Below the pieces are notes generated by a model. The model was given only the letters and a program-made list of their open reading frames with translations, was not told where the DNA came from and made no database searches. The position numbers were made by a program, and so were the translations under genes. Positions 29,424-42,202 of a DNA stretch of 64,000 nucleotides are shown here, in pieces. The stretch comes from Candidatus Limnocylindria bacterium. Its GTDB lineage: Bacteria > Chloroflexota > Limnocylindria > P2-11E. The DNA lies in NCBI GenBank assembly GCA_036570125.1, contig DATCPK010000155.1, positions 2,075 through 66,074 of the forward strand, written 5' to 3'. Numbering within the stretch: position 1 is the first letter of the stretch; each line of letters begins with the position of its first letter.

Positions 29424-29458
29424 CGACAGGCTGTCGTCAAAAATGACGACAGCTTTGG
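29421..29458 (+). terminator. Triple 9-mer TGACGACAG / CTGTCGTCA / TGACGACAG; the second hairpin with a CTTTGG tail is a plausible terminator of the leuS unit
   Basis: 29421..29429 and 29444..29452 are direct copies, and 29431..29439 is their reverse complement. Two mutually exclusive hairpins are possible. Confidence 0.4.
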
Positions 29459-29506
29459 CGCGTTGCGCATCTATGCACGACGCCGTGCGCCGCTCACGCT
29501 CCGCGC

Positions 29507-30061
29507 ATGCGCAGACCGATCCTCATCCTCGTCGCGATCGCGGCCGTCGCCGTCGTCGCGCTCACGCTGGCGCGCCTGCACGGAGGCGACGGTCAGGCGA
29601 TCGTGGTCGTCGAAGACACGCCGGCGCCGACTCGGTCGCCGGAACCCCCGATCGTCGTCGACGTCGCGGGCGCCGTCGCCCACCCGGGCGTCTACCGACT
29701 GGCGGCGGGCTCGCGCATCGCCGATGCCCTCGCCGCGGCCGGGGGCGCGACCGAGGACGCCGACGCGGTCGCGCTCAACAGGGCTGCGCCGGTCCGCGAC
29801 GGCCAGCGCGTCTACGTCCCGCGGCCCGGCGAGATGGTCCCCGCGGGGGCCGCCGGTAGCGATGCCCAGCTCAAGATCGACGTAAATCACGCCACCGCGG
29901 CGGAGCTCGAGGCGCTTCCCGGGATCGGGCCCACCATCGCGGCGCGGATCGTCCGATCGCGGGGCAGTCATCCCTTCGCGCGCATCGAGGAGCTCCAGAC
30001 ACGAGGCTTGGTGACCGCGCGAGTGTTTGCCGACATAAAGGACATGGTCACGACGCGGTGA
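29507..30061 (+). CDS. comEA: Competence protein ComEA (DNA receptor, SLBB and helix-hairpin-helix)
   Basis: N-terminal TM, VVVDVAGAVAHPGVYRL (SLBB-like) and C-terminal VNHATAAELEALPGIGPTIAARIV (HhH). Confidence 0.8.
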   Translation: MRRPILILVAIAAVAVVALTLARLHGGDGQAIVVVEDTPAPTRSPEPPIVVDVAGAVAHPGVYRLAAGSRIADALAAAGGATEDADAVALNRAAPVRDGQRVYVPRPGEMVPAGAAGSDAQLKIDVNHATAAELEALPGIGPTIAARIVRSRGSHPFARIEELQTRGLVTARVFADIKDMVTTR

Positions 30062-32157
30062 CGCCGGTCCTGCGGGCGCCCCTCCTTCCCGCCGCGACGG
30101 CCGCGGTCTGTATCGCGCTCGTGGTGCAGCTCTCGCCGCTCGGCGGGATCGCGCTCGCGGCGCTCCTCGCCGCCGTCTTCGCGATGCTCGCGGTCGCGAG
30201 TGCCGATCGCACGCGTCGGCTGTGCTGGTGCGCGGCGGCGATCGTCGCGGGCATCTCAGCCGCCGCAACGCTCTTCGGCCCGCTTCCGGGTTTCGACCTG
30301 CGCCACGCGGGTCCTCTCGACGGCCTGCGCGAGGCACTTGCGGATCCTCTGCGCCGCCTGGTCCCGGAGCCGGAGGGAGGGATCGTCCGCGGGATCGTTC
30401 TCGGGGAGCGCGCCGCGGTGGACGCCGACCTCGCGACGGCGTTCGCGCGAAGCGGCACTTCCCATCTCCTCGCCATCTCCGGTTTCAACATGACGCTGGT
30501 CGCGACCGCGGTCGCGCTCCTCGCGCGTGGCCGGCTGCGTCCGCCGATCACGGCCTCGCTGACCGTCTCGTGCGTCCTCGCGTACAGCGTGCTGGTCGGG
30601 CTCGCGCCGAGCGTCGCGCGCGCGGCCGTCATGGCGGTCGTGGCATCGCTCGGTCTGGCTTTCGGGCGCCGGCCGGCGACCGACAACGCGCTCGCGCTCG
30701 CCGTCGCGACGATGGTCGGGATCGACGCGTCCGCTATCGGCGATGTCGGTTTTCTCTTGTCGGCCACAGCGACCGGCGGTCTCCTCTACCTCGGCGATCC
30801 AATCTCGCGCCGGCTTGCCTTTTTGCCGGGGGCGATCCGGCAGGGGCTGGCCACGACCCTCGCCGCGACGCTGCCTACGATCCCGATCATCGCGGCCGTC
30901 TTCGGCCGGGTCTCGCTCGTCTCGCCGCTCGCGAATCTGGTCGCGGTGCCGCTGTTTCCGCCGCTCATGCTCGCCGGGGCAGCGACGGCCGCTCTCGGCA
31001 CCGTTTCATTCGATCTCGCGCAGCTCCCCGGTCTGCTTGCCTACGCGCTCGCATTCGCGTTGCGGATCGTCGTCGAAACATCAGCGGCGCTTCCGCTCGC
31101 TTCGCTCGCCGTCCCCGACGGACCGCTCGCCGGCCTCGCGTACGGTGCCGTGGTCGCCGCGGGGCTGTTCTTCGGTCCGGCTGCGATGTCACGCGTCGCG
31201 CGCGCTATCGGAGCGCGGATGCGATGGCCGCGCCGTCCGCAGGCCCGGCTCGCATGGAGACCCGGCCTCGCGCGGCGAGCGTTCTGGGCGAGCGCCGCTC
31301 TCGTATTCGTCCTCGTTGCCGGAACGGCGGCCGCCGTTCTCTGGCCGGCGCCATCGGGGATTCGCGTGCGGGCCCTCGACGTGGGACAGGGCGACGCGTA
31401 CCTCGTCGAGTTCGACGGCACAACGCTCCTCGTGGACGGCGGACCGGATCCGGCCCGGCTCCTCGCTGAGCTCGGAGCGAGCCTTCCGCCATGGAAGCGA
31501 CGGATCGACCTCATCGCGCTCACGCACGCGCATGCCGATCACGCCGCCGGTCTCCTCGGCGTGCTCGATCGGTACGAGGTGGGACTCGCGATCGAACCGG
31601 TCGGCCTGAACCCCGGCACCGTCGCGACCGCGTGGGCCGACCGCATCGCGCGAGCGCACGTACCGCGGCGCGCGGTGTCCGCGGGAACGCGGATGCGAGT
31701 CGGCGATGCGACGCTCGCGGTCCTCGCCCCGGACGGCGATCCGCGCGTCGACGTCCCCTCGCTGGTGCTCCGCATCGCGCGCGGCTCTTTCTCGATCCTG
31801 TTCATGGGAGATGCGACCGAACAGGCCCAGGCCGACCTTCTTCTCAGTCCGGGATCGCTGGCGGCCCGCGTCTACATTCCGCCACATCACGGCGCTGCCA
31901 GCGCGTATGGCGGGCAACTGGTCGAGGCCGTGCGTCCGAGCGCCGCGGTGATCTCCGTCGGCGCGCAGAACCGGTATGGTCATCCCACGCCCGAGACGCT
32001 CGCGGCGCTCGGCCGAATCCCCACATACCGGACCGACCGCGACGGCACGGTGGAGCTCGATCAAAGTGGCAATGCCCAGCTCGTCATCCGTACCCACGCG
32101 AATGGTCTTCCTCCTCCACGGGGAGGATCCGTTCCGTTCGCGCCTTCGACTCGGTGA
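30058..32157 (+). CDS. comEC: DNA internalisation channel ComEC/Rec2 with C-terminal metallo-beta-lactamase domain
   Basis: Polytopic competence domain (SGTSHLLAISGFNM) and MBL motifs (DVGQGDA, LTHAHADHAAGL). Confidence 0.85.
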   Translation: MTPVLRAPLLPAATAAVCIALVVQLSPLGGIALAALLAAVFAMLAVASADRTRRLCWCAAAIVAGISAAATLFGPLPGFDLRHAGPLDGLREALADPLRRLVPEPEGGIVRGIVLGERAAVDADLATAFARSGTSHLLAISGFNMTLVATAVALLARGRLRPPITASLTVSCVLAYSVLVGLAPSVARAAVMAVVASLGLAFGRRPATDNALALAVATMVGIDASAIGDVGFLLSATATGGLLYLGDPISRRLAFLPGAIRQGLATTLAATLPTIPIIAAVFGRVSLVSPLANLVAVPLFPPLMLAGAATAALGTVSFDLAQLPGLLAYALAFALRIVVETSAALPLASLAVPDGPLAGLAYGAVVAAGLFFGPAAMSRVARAIGARMRWPRRPQARLAWRPGLARRAFWASAALVFVLVAGTAAAVLWPAPSGIRVRALDVGQGDAYLVEFDGTTLLVDGGPDPARLLAELGASLPPWKRRIDLIALTHAHADHAAGLLGVLDRYEVGLAIEPVGLNPGTVATAWADRIARAHVPRRAVSAGTRMRVGDATLAVLAPDGDPRVDVPSLVLRIARGSFSILFMGDATEQAQADLLLSPGSLAARVYIPPHHGAASAYGGQLVEAVRPSAAVISVGAQNRYGHPTPETLAALGRIPTYRTDRDGTVELDQSGNAQLVIRTHANGLPPPRGGSVPFAPSTR

Positions 32158-33174
32158 GCTCGCCGCCGCCCTTCTCGCCGGCGCGTCAACCGGATCGACC
32201 GATCTCTCGACAAAAGTCGAGCCGCGTCTCAGCGCGCTACTCGGCATCACGCGCCACGACGCGCGATTCGACACGCCGGGAGCGATCATGCTTTCGGGTC
32301 AGTCGCAAGGTCTGTTCGACGCCGTCGACGAGGCGCGCGTTGTGATCGTCGACCACGCCGAGGCGCTCAAGGACCTCGAGCTCATCGCGTCGTTCCCCCG
32401 CGAAGCCGCCCTCGTTCTCGTCGCCGTCGAGCGCCTGGCAGCCGGCCGCTCGCGCCGAGGACAGCGCGTGAAAGCGCCGAACGTTCCTGCGGCGAATCTG
32501 CTCGAAGCGGTCGAGGCCGCTGGTGGCACGGTCGAGCGCATCGAGCGGCTTGCGCCGGTCGACGTCACCGGTTGGATCTCCGCGCGCGCGCGCCTTCACG
32601 GGATCAAGCTCGATTCGGAGGCCGTCGCGACGCTCGCGTCGGCGGCCGGCAGTGACACCGAGCGCATCGAGCAGGAGCTCAAGAAGCTCGGCGCCTACGC
32701 GGGCAGCGCGACGGTGACCGCCGCGGACGTGCGGACACTTGTGAGCGGCGCGATCGAAGCCGATGTGTTCGAGCTCACGCAGGCGGTGGTGAGGAAGGAC
32801 GCCCGGACCGCCGTGGCCACCCTCGAGCGCCTGTTGGCGGACGGCAATGCGGTGCAGCAGATCCTCGCGCTGCTCCTCTGGCAATTCCGCGTGCTGCTAT
32901 TCGCATCGGCCATGCGCACTTCTGCGGATGCGGAGCGCATGGCTAAGGCGATCCGCTCCAGTCCGTATGCGATCCAGCGCGCCACCGCATTCGCGCGACG
33001 CGTCACGCGTGCGGACGTCGTTCGGGCGTACGAGGCGATCTACGCGGCGGACCAGGTCATAAAGACGGGGCGGGCAGAGTCGGACATCGCGGCGTTGACT
33101 CTCTGCGTGCTCGACCTATGCGGCGTCGTGAATGCGGACCTGCGCGACATGTTGCTCGTCGAGGCGCCGCGCCG

Positions 33175-33178
<4 letters not shown>
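32102..33178 (+). CDS. holA: DNA polymerase III delta subunit
   Basis: MVFLLHGEDPFRSR ... plus the conserved comEA-comEC-holA gene order. Start taken at ATG 32102 (56-nt overlap with comEC). The ORF extends to 31976. Confidence 0.75.
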
Positions 33179-35624
<2,446 letters not shown>

Positions 35625-35690
35625 CTACTGCGAAGCAGCAGAGCGCAGGGGCGTTAGCCCCCGAGCACTACAGGACGAGGACGAGCACTT

Positions 35691-35710
35691 AGCCGAGAGA
35701 TTGATCAGGT
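35691..35710 (-). repeat. Intergenic motif B copy 2 (minus strand ACCTGATCAATCTCTCGGCT), abutting the ligase stop codon
   Basis: The plus strand reads AGCCGAGAGATTGATCAGGT. Exact 14-mer match to 16706..16719. Confidence 0.5.
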
Positions 35711-36786
35711 CATGAGACGGGGAAGGGAAGGCTGTTCAAAAGAATGAGCCTGGGTCGATCGCTCGCCGTGTGCGGTGGATAGGACGGGACGTCGACCGGC
35801 TCATCGCGGCGGCAATCGTCGAGATGTCCATCGAGTCGCAGACCGCGGAATCGCGCGTCGCGAAGCTCGCCGTTCTCGAACCCGGCATGCTCGACGATCG
35901 CGACCAGACGCGGCCGTAAGAAGCGAAGACCCTCGCGCACGGCGACGGGCGTCGCGAAGCACGATGCGTCGGCCGAGAAATCGCGCGTGGCCACGTCGAG
36001 CCAGTCGCCGAGGTACGGCGGGACATACGCGTCGCCCGCGAAGGAGATCGCGCCATCGTCGCCGCGCACTCCGCAGAGAAGCGTGCGCGCACCGCGCTGA
36101 CCGTCGATGACGACGGCGCCCACGACCACGTCGGCGCGCGGCGTCACGTGGCACTTCAGCCAGTCGGCCGTCCGCGTCCCTGGGATATACCGCCCGTCGC
36201 GTCTCTTCGCGACGATTCCTTCGAGCCCGTACTCCGCGACGACCTCGAGGAATGGCTCGCCGTCGTCGTCCAGATGCTCCGGCACCGCGAGCAGCCGCGA
36301 ACCAAGGCTTAAGCCCATAAGGCGCGCACGGCGTTCGGCAAGCGGCCGCGAGATGACCGGCCGCCCATCCGAATAGAGGAGGTCGAAGGCGACGAAGATC
36401 GGTCCGCGCCCGCGTTTGGCGGCCTTCGGCCCGAGCCTCCCTGCCAGAAGGTCATAGCTCGGACGACCGCGCGAATCGCAGACGACGATCTCGCCGTCGA
36501 GGACGGTCCCTGGCGGGAGGCGAAGATCGCGAAGCTCGGGTACGGCCGGGAGAAGGTCGCCGCCGGTGCGGTCAGTAACGCGAAGTCCTGTCGCATCGTG
36601 CGACGCGAGCGCGCGGATCCCGTCCCACTTCAGCTCGAAGATGTAGTCGGGTGAGTTGAAGGCGCGGCGTGCGAGGCGTGGCCGCATCGGAATGAGCGCA
36701 CGCGGCAGCGCGCTCGTCGCCTCGTCCACATCGATGAGGGTCGGATGCGCGCCTGCCTCCGGTCGCTGGGGCTCGCGCGACGGCAC
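35710..36786 (-). CDS. Stand-alone ATP-dependent DNA ligase (LigC-like)
   Basis: Adenylation motif I ELKWDGIR, later nucleotidyltransferase motifs (EGIVAKR) and an OB-fold region. Adjacent to ku. Confidence 0.85.
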   Translation of the reverse strand: MPSREPQRPEAGAHPTLIDVDEATSALPRALIPMRPRLARRAFNSPDYIFELKWDGIRALASHDATGLRVTDRTGGDLLPAVPELRDLRLPPGTVLDGEIVVCDSRGRPSYDLLAGRLGPKAAKRGRGPIFVAFDLLYSDGRPVISRPLAERRARLMGLSLGSRLLAVPEHLDDDGEPFLEVVAEYGLEGIVAKRRDGRYIPGTRTADWLKCHVTPRADVVVGAVVIDGQRGARTLLCGVRGDDGAISFAGDAYVPPYLGDWLDVATRDFSADASCFATPVAVREGLRFLRPRLVAIVEHAGFENGELRDARFRGLRLDGHLDDCRRDEPVDVPSYPPHTASDRPRLILLNSLPFPVS

Positions 36787-36802
36787 GTGCCGAGGATAGG
36801 TC

Positions 36803-37657
36803 CTAGGACGCCTTCTTCCGCGCGGTCCGCGAAGAAGATGAACCGGACGAGGCGCGCTTGGTCTTCGCCTCGCCCTTCTTGGCTCGTTCGACCGACGCCT
36901 TGAGGGCCGACATGAGATCGACGACGGTCGTCTCGGCCTCCGGCTCGGGAGCCTCGATGACCTCTTTCTTCTGGACCTTCGCCTCCACGAGCTTGAGGAT
37001 CGCCTGCTTGTATTCGTCTTTGTATTCGGACGGTTCGAATGCGGTCGCCATCATTCCCACGAGGTTCTCGGCCATCTTCAGCTCGGCCGGCGACACCTTC
37101 ACGTCTTCGGGCACGTCGAGATCCTCCGTCGATCGGATCTCGTCCGGCCAGTGGAGCGTGTTCATGAGGAGAGCGCCGTCCTGTGGACGTACCGAGACCA
37201 GGCGCTCGCGGTCACGCAGCGCGAACTTCGCGATCGCCACGCGTCCGGTCTTCGCGAGAGTCTTGTTCAGGAGGGCGTACGGCTTCTCGGCCGATTTCTC
37301 GGGCTCGAGGTAATAGGCCGATTGGTAGTACAGCGCGCCGGGCAGCTCATCGTCCTTGATGAAGCCGGTGATATCGATGGCCTTGCTCGAACGGAGGGGG
37401 AGCTTCTCGAGATCCTCGTCCGTCAGCTCGACGTAGTTGCCCTTCTCGTACTCGTAGCCGCGAACGACATCGCCCCACGCGACCTCGTGGTCGCCCTCGA
37501 CGCAGTAGCGCTTGTTCTTGATGCGGCTACGGTGCTCTGGGCAGAGCAGGTTGAACGAGACCTTGCTCGAGCTCTCCGTGGCCAGATATAACCGCACCGG
37601 GATGGCGACCATCCCGAAGCTCATGACGCCCTTCCAGATCGATCGCGGCATAGCCAA
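36803..37657 (-). CDS. ku: Ku protein (NHEJ DNA-end binding)
   Basis: MPRSIWKGVMSFGMVAIPVRLYLATE ... is the canonical bacterial Ku core, with a Lys/Ser-rich C-terminal tail. Confidence 0.92.
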   Translation of the reverse strand: MAMPRSIWKGVMSFGMVAIPVRLYLATESSSKVSFNLLCPEHRSRIKNKRYCVEGDHEVAWGDVVRGYEYEKGNYVELTDEDLEKLPLRSSKAIDITGFIKDDELPGALYYQSAYYLEPEKSAEKPYALLNKTLAKTGRVAIAKFALRDRERLVSVRPQDGALLMNTLHWPDEIRSTEDLDVPEDVKVSPAELKMAENLVGMMATAFEPSEYKDEYKQAILKLVEAKVQKKEVIEAPEPEAETTVVDLMSALKASVERAKKGEAKTKRASSGSSSSRTARKKAS

Positions 37658-37716
37658 TCACCTCGCGGCCGCTTTCCCCTTGCGCGCGGCCAGCCGCGCG
37701 AATCGTAACGGCCCCG

Positions 37717-38139
37717 TCAAGGAAGCGCACGAGGCGAGCCACCCCCGCCCCACAAGACGAATCGGAGCAGCCGCTCGAGAGTGGCCGGATCGCCACGCCA
37801 GTGCTCGCGAACAATGGCGCCGTCGGTCGTGCGGAGGACGAACCGCAGCGCGAGGGCCGCGACAACTGCGTCGTCGAGCGAGCCGACGATCGGGATGAAC
37901 TCCGGAATGAGGTCGATCGGCGACGCGAGCCAAACGCTGGCCACTGCAAGGACGATCTTCGCGCGCAGCGGTACGCGCGCGTCGCGCAGCAGGCCTCCGA
38001 AAAGCCTGATGAGGTTGGGAAGAAGAAGCGCAAGCTCGCGCGCAAGAAGGGCACGACCGACGATGACCAGCACCACGACGACGACGATCCAGAGCGCGAT
38101 GACGACAAGGAGGATGTCGGCCCAGAGCGGAAGATCCAC
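37717..38139 (-). CDS. DUF1232 (YkvA-like) membrane protein
   Basis: Signature SPIDLIPEFIPIVGSLDDAVV, with TM helices. Confidence 0.75.
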   Translation of the reverse strand: MDLPLWADILLVVIALWIVVVVVLVIVGRALLARELALLLPNLIRLFGGLLRDARVPLRAKIVLAVASVWLASPIDLIPEFIPIVGSLDDAVVAALALRFVLRTTDGAIVREHWRGDPATLERLLRFVLWGGGGSPRALP

Positions 38140-38144
38140 GTCCG

Positions 38145-39776
38145 CTAGTTGGTGATCGCCCGCTCCGCGAGTGAGGTCGGGATCGAGCCGGTCGAGGTGA
38201 TCGCATCATGGAACGCGCGCAAGGCCGCGCGGTCAGCCGAGCCTCGCTTGGCGAGCCAGCGCGTGCGGATGTCGATGATCTCGAGCATTCCCGTGAGATA
38301 GCTCGAGGCCTGCGTCGGCCACGAGCAGTACCGGCCCACCTCGGCTTTCGCGTTCGGCGGAGTGAGATTCCCGTTCTTCACCATGAAGTCGACGGCCTGA
38401 TCGAAGGTCATCTCCTTCGTGTGCAGTGACGTGTCCACGACGATGCGCGCGGCACGGAAGAGCGTGGCCTCGTACTGGAACAAGAGGTGTCTCGGATCGG
38501 TGAAGAAGCCTTGCTCGCGCATGACGCGCTCCGCGTAGAGACCCCAGCCTTCGGCGAAGTAGGAGGTGAAGTGCGTGCGCCGGATGTCCGAGCGGTTCTG
38601 CTTGGCCATGACGAGGTGCCAGTGATGACCCGGATACGCCTCGTGCACCGCGGTCGTCGGGATGCCGGCGCTGCAGTTGCCCTCGAGGCGCTTCTGCACT
38701 TCCTCGGGCGGCGTGCCGTCCGGCGGATAGGGGACGAAGAAGTGGCCGTGCAGCGAATCGCTGAAGGCGGGAGGCTGGTTGTAGCTCGCGACGGCCTGGA
38801 TCGGCCGCTGGTAATGCGGCGACGGCTCGACGGTGCAGCGTTCGCCGGGCGGGAGAGTGACGAGGCCGGTGTCCACGAGGAACGATCGCGCCCGCTCGGT
38901 CCACTCCTCGTACTCCGCCCGCATCGCGTCGGGCGTCGGCGCGTGCACGCGATTCAATCGCTCGCAGACTTCCGTCCACGTGCCGCCTCCGTCGATCTGC
39001 CGCGCGATCTTGTTGGCCTCGTTCGCGAGGAGGTCGTACTGCTCGAGCCCGCGCTCGCGAAGCTCGCGCGTTCCGAAGGGCAGAAGCTCCTTCTCGCGCA
39101 GCAGCGCCGTGTAGAGCTCCTCGCCGATCGCGTAGTCGCCGGATGCGCGCGCCTTGTTGGATTCGAGAAACGCCGCGAAATCTTCGAACGCGCCGGCCGC
39201 CGTCGCGCCAGCTTCCGCGACCTTCTGACGGAGCGTTGGGTCCTTTACCTCGGCGGGTACGAGCTCGCGCGCGTAGCGCGCCGCCGCCTTCGCCTGTCCG
39301 ATCGCGCGATCGACGTACACCGGCGGCACGAGCGCGAAATCCACGTTCGCCTTTCCGTCGGCCACATGTTTGGTGACTGCCAGGAGGCGCGCGCGCGCCG
39401 CCTCGGCAAGATCGCGTTCCGGCCGGAGACGGTGCAGAAAGAGGGTGAACACCCCGCCCAAAGATGGATTCAAGTAGGTGTTCGGCTGACGTTTCCAGTC
39501 CATGCGCGGCTGCGTGAGCTCGCGTCCGCGAAGCGACGCGAGGATCACGTCGCGGTCGATGCGCTCGTCCGCGCTGAGGGTGTCGTCGGGCACGGCCGCG
39601 AAGCGCTTGGTCCACTCGAGCACAGCCGCATCGCGGCGGCGGAAGGCCTCTGCCGAGAGATCTTCCGAGCGCTCGTCGTACGCCGTGAGGCCGAGCATGC
39701 TGGCCCAAGTGGGGGATTCCTCGTAGCGCTCCACGAGGTAGTCCTTGACCAGCGACGAAAATGGCGCGGACGTCAC
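38145..39776 (-). CDS. DUF885 family protein (putative metallopeptidase-like)
   Basis: 543 aa with an HEAYPGHHW motif. GTG start with a GGGGAGG SD 6 nt upstream. Confidence 0.8.
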   Translation of the reverse strand: MTSAPFSSLVKDYLVERYEESPTWASMLGLTAYDERSEDLSAEAFRRRDAAVLEWTKRFAAVPDDTLSADERIDRDVILASLRGRELTQPRMDWKRQPNTYLNPSLGGVFTLFLHRLRPERDLAEAARARLLAVTKHVADGKANVDFALVPPVYVDRAIGQAKAAARYARELVPAEVKDPTLRQKVAEAGATAAGAFEDFAAFLESNKARASGDYAIGEELYTALLREKELLPFGTRELRERGLEQYDLLANEANKIARQIDGGGTWTEVCERLNRVHAPTPDAMRAEYEEWTERARSFLVDTGLVTLPPGERCTVEPSPHYQRPIQAVASYNQPPAFSDSLHGHFFVPYPPDGTPPEEVQKRLEGNCSAGIPTTAVHEAYPGHHWHLVMAKQNRSDIRRTHFTSYFAEGWGLYAERVMREQGFFTDPRHLLFQYEATLFRAARIVVDTSLHTKEMTFDQAVDFMVKNGNLTPPNAKAEVGRYCSWPTQASSYLTGMLEIIDIRTRWLAKRGSADRAALRAFHDAITSTGSIPTSLAERAITN

Positions 39777-42202
39777 GATGCGACCTCCCCGACAATGGCG
39801 ACGGTCACAGATTGAGCCTCACCGAGTACCAGCGCAAACGCGACTTCCGCCGCACGCCCGAGCCGAAAGGGACGCACCCGAAGGGCGAACCGACGCGCCG
39901 CTACGTGGTGCATCGGCACCACGCGACGCGCCTCCATTGGGACGTTCGGCTCGAGATGCGCGGCATCCTCGCGTCGTGGGCCGTGCCGAATGGTCCGCCG
40001 CTCGAGGCGGGAAAGCGGCGGCTCGCGGTCCACACCGAAGACCATCCCATCGAGTACCTCACGTTCCACGGCGTGATCCCAGACGGCTACGGCGCGGGCT
40101 CGATGACGATCTGGGACACCGGCACGTACGAGGTCATCGAGGAGAAGCCGAACGAGCTGAAGATCCGCATGAAGGGCAAACGTCTCGACGGCGAGTGGGT
40201 CCTCGTGCAGACGAAGCAGAACGAAGGACGCGACTGGCTGATGATCAAGCACGGCACGCCGCCGAAGAACGATCCGCTCCTTTCGAAGATCGAGCCGATG
40301 CTGTCGTCCGCGGCGGACGAGCCCTTCGACTCGCCAGATTTCACGTTCGAACCCAAGTGGGACGGAGTGCGCACCATCGCGTTCGTCGATGGGGGAGAGG
40401 TCCGCCTGCAGACGCGCAACCTTCTCGACTGCACCAAGCAATATCCCGAGGCGACCCAGGCGGCCGAGGCGCTGACCGGCGCGTACCACGCCATCCTCGA
40501 CGGCGAGATCGTCGCGCTCGACCCGAGCGGCGTTCCGAGCTTCCAGCGCCTGCAGCCGCGCATGCACGTGAGCGACGAGAGCACCGTGCGCAAGCTGCGC
40601 AAATCGACGCCGGTGATCTATCAGGTCTTCGACATCCTCTACGCGGACGGCGAGGACCTGATGCGAAAGCCGCTACGCGAGCGCATGCGACGACTCGACG
40701 AAGCGCTGACACCGATGGGCTCGATACGGCGCAGCGAAGGGTTCCCCGGGACCGGCGTCGCGCTCTTCGAAGCGGCGCGCGAGCAGGGGATCGAAGGGAT
40801 CGTCGCCAAACGGCTCGACTCGATCTACCAGCCGGGAGCGCGGTCGCCCGCGTGGGTGAAGATCAAGGCTTTTCGCACGATGGAGTGCGTCATCGGCGGA
40901 TGGACCGCGGGCCAGGGTGGCCGAACGAAAACGCTGGGCGCGCTCCTTTTGGGCGTGTATCGCGACGGCAAGCTGCAGCCCGTGGGACACGTCGGCACCG
41001 GGTTCGACGAGCGAACCCTCCGCGATCTCCTCAAGCTCCTCGAGGAGCACGAGTCGCCGACGTCGCCGTTCGCCACGAAGCCGCGGACGAATCAACCCGC
41101 GCGATGGTGCCTTCCCGAGCTCGTGTGCGAGGTCGAATACGTCGAGATCACGCGCGACGGAACGCTGCGGCATCCGACCTATCGCGGTCTTCGTTCCGAC
41201 GTCGACCCGCGTGAGGCGACCGGGGAGGAGCGGCGCGAGTCGGCGAAGAAGGCGCAGGACGCTGCGAAGCGAGCCGCGACGACGCGCTCGCCATCCGCGA
41301 ATGGAGAGCAGGCCGCCCGGGTCCCCTCGGTCCTCGAGGTCGAGGGCAAGCGCATCAAGCTGACGAACCTCGAGAAGGTCCTCTTTCCCGAAGACGGCTA
41401 CACGAAGGCGGACCTCATCCGCTACTACACCGAGGTGTCGCCGTACCTCGTGCCGTGGCTTCGCGACCGCCCGCTCACGTTGAAACCGTTCCCCGACGGC
41501 ATTCACGGCACGCACTTCTACCAAAAGAACAAACCCGGGTTCACGCCCGAGTGGATCAAGAGCTGGACCGATCCGCTCGAGCCTGAGAACGCCTACGTCC
41601 TCGCGAACGACATGGCGACGCTCGTGTGGATGGCGAACTACACGGCGATCGAGATACATCCGCGACTCGCGCGCGTGGACAATCCCGAAAGACCCGACAA
41701 CGTCATGATCGATCTCGACCCGGCCGAAGGCGCGACGTGGGACGACGTGAAGGAGGTCGCGCACGCCGTCAAGGAAGTGTTGGACGATCTCGGTCTGGTC
41801 GGCTTTCCGAAAACGACCGGCTCGCGCGGGATCCACGTGCTCGTTCCGGTCGCGCGGCGGTACTCGTTCGAAGAGACCCGAGCGTTCGCGCTCCGCGTCG
41901 GCCAGATGTCGCGCGAGAAGCTGCCCAAGCTCGTCACGCTCGAATTCAGCAAGGCGAAGCGGCGGGGCATCTATATCGACTACCTGCAGAACACGCGCGC
42001 CAAGTCCACCGCCGGGCCGTACAGCGTCCGTCCGATCCGCCGCGCGCCCGTGTCCGCGCCGCTCCGGTGGGACGAGATCTCGTCGCTCGGACGACCGGAC
42101 GCGTTCACGATCGGGAACATGTCGGCGCGGCTGGAAGCGGTTGGCGACCTCCTGAGCGCGTCGCTCACGCTCGCGCAGAAACTGCCGAAGCCGCCGGCGT
42201 GA
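39761..42202 (+). CDS. ligD: Multidomain NHEJ ligase LigD (3'-phosphoesterase - ligase - polymerase/primase order)
   Basis: PE domain (KRDFRRTPEP ... HRHHATRLHWDVRLE ... EDHPIEY ... YGAGSMTIWD), ligase (FEPKWDGVR) and Pol domain (LTNLEKVLFPEDGYTKADLIRYY ... KTTGSRGIHV). The true start may be TTG 39812, which would avoid overlap with the divergent DUF885 start. Confidence 0.9.
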   Translation: MARTSRCDLPDNGDGHRLSLTEYQRKRDFRRTPEPKGTHPKGEPTRRYVVHRHHATRLHWDVRLEMRGILASWAVPNGPPLEAGKRRLAVHTEDHPIEYLTFHGVIPDGYGAGSMTIWDTGTYEVIEEKPNELKIRMKGKRLDGEWVLVQTKQNEGRDWLMIKHGTPPKNDPLLSKIEPMLSSAADEPFDSPDFTFEPKWDGVRTIAFVDGGEVRLQTRNLLDCTKQYPEATQAAEALTGAYHAILDGEIVALDPSGVPSFQRLQPRMHVSDESTVRKLRKSTPVIYQVFDILYADGEDLMRKPLRERMRRLDEALTPMGSIRRSEGFPGTGVALFEAAREQGIEGIVAKRLDSIYQPGARSPAWVKIKAFRTMECVIGGWTAGQGGRTKTLGALLLGVYRDGKLQPVGHVGTGFDERTLRDLLKLLEEHESPTSPFATKPRTNQPARWCLPELVCEVEYVEITRDGTLRHPTYRGLRSDVDPREATGEERRESAKKAQDAAKRAATTRSPSANGEQAARVPSVLEVEGKRIKLTNLEKVLFPEDGYTKADLIRYYTEVSPYLVPWLRDRPLTLKPFPDGIHGTHFYQKNKPGFTPEWIKSWTDPLEPENAYVLANDMATLVWMANYTAIEIHPRLARVDNPERPDNVMIDLDPAEGATWDDVKEVAHAVKEVLDDLGLVGFPKTTGSRGIHVLVPVARRYSFEETRAFALRVGQMSREKLPKLVTLEFSKAKRRGIYIDYLQNTRAKSTAGPYSVRPIRRAPVSAPLRWDEISSLGRPDAFTIGNMSARLEAVGDLLSASLTLAQKLPKPPA

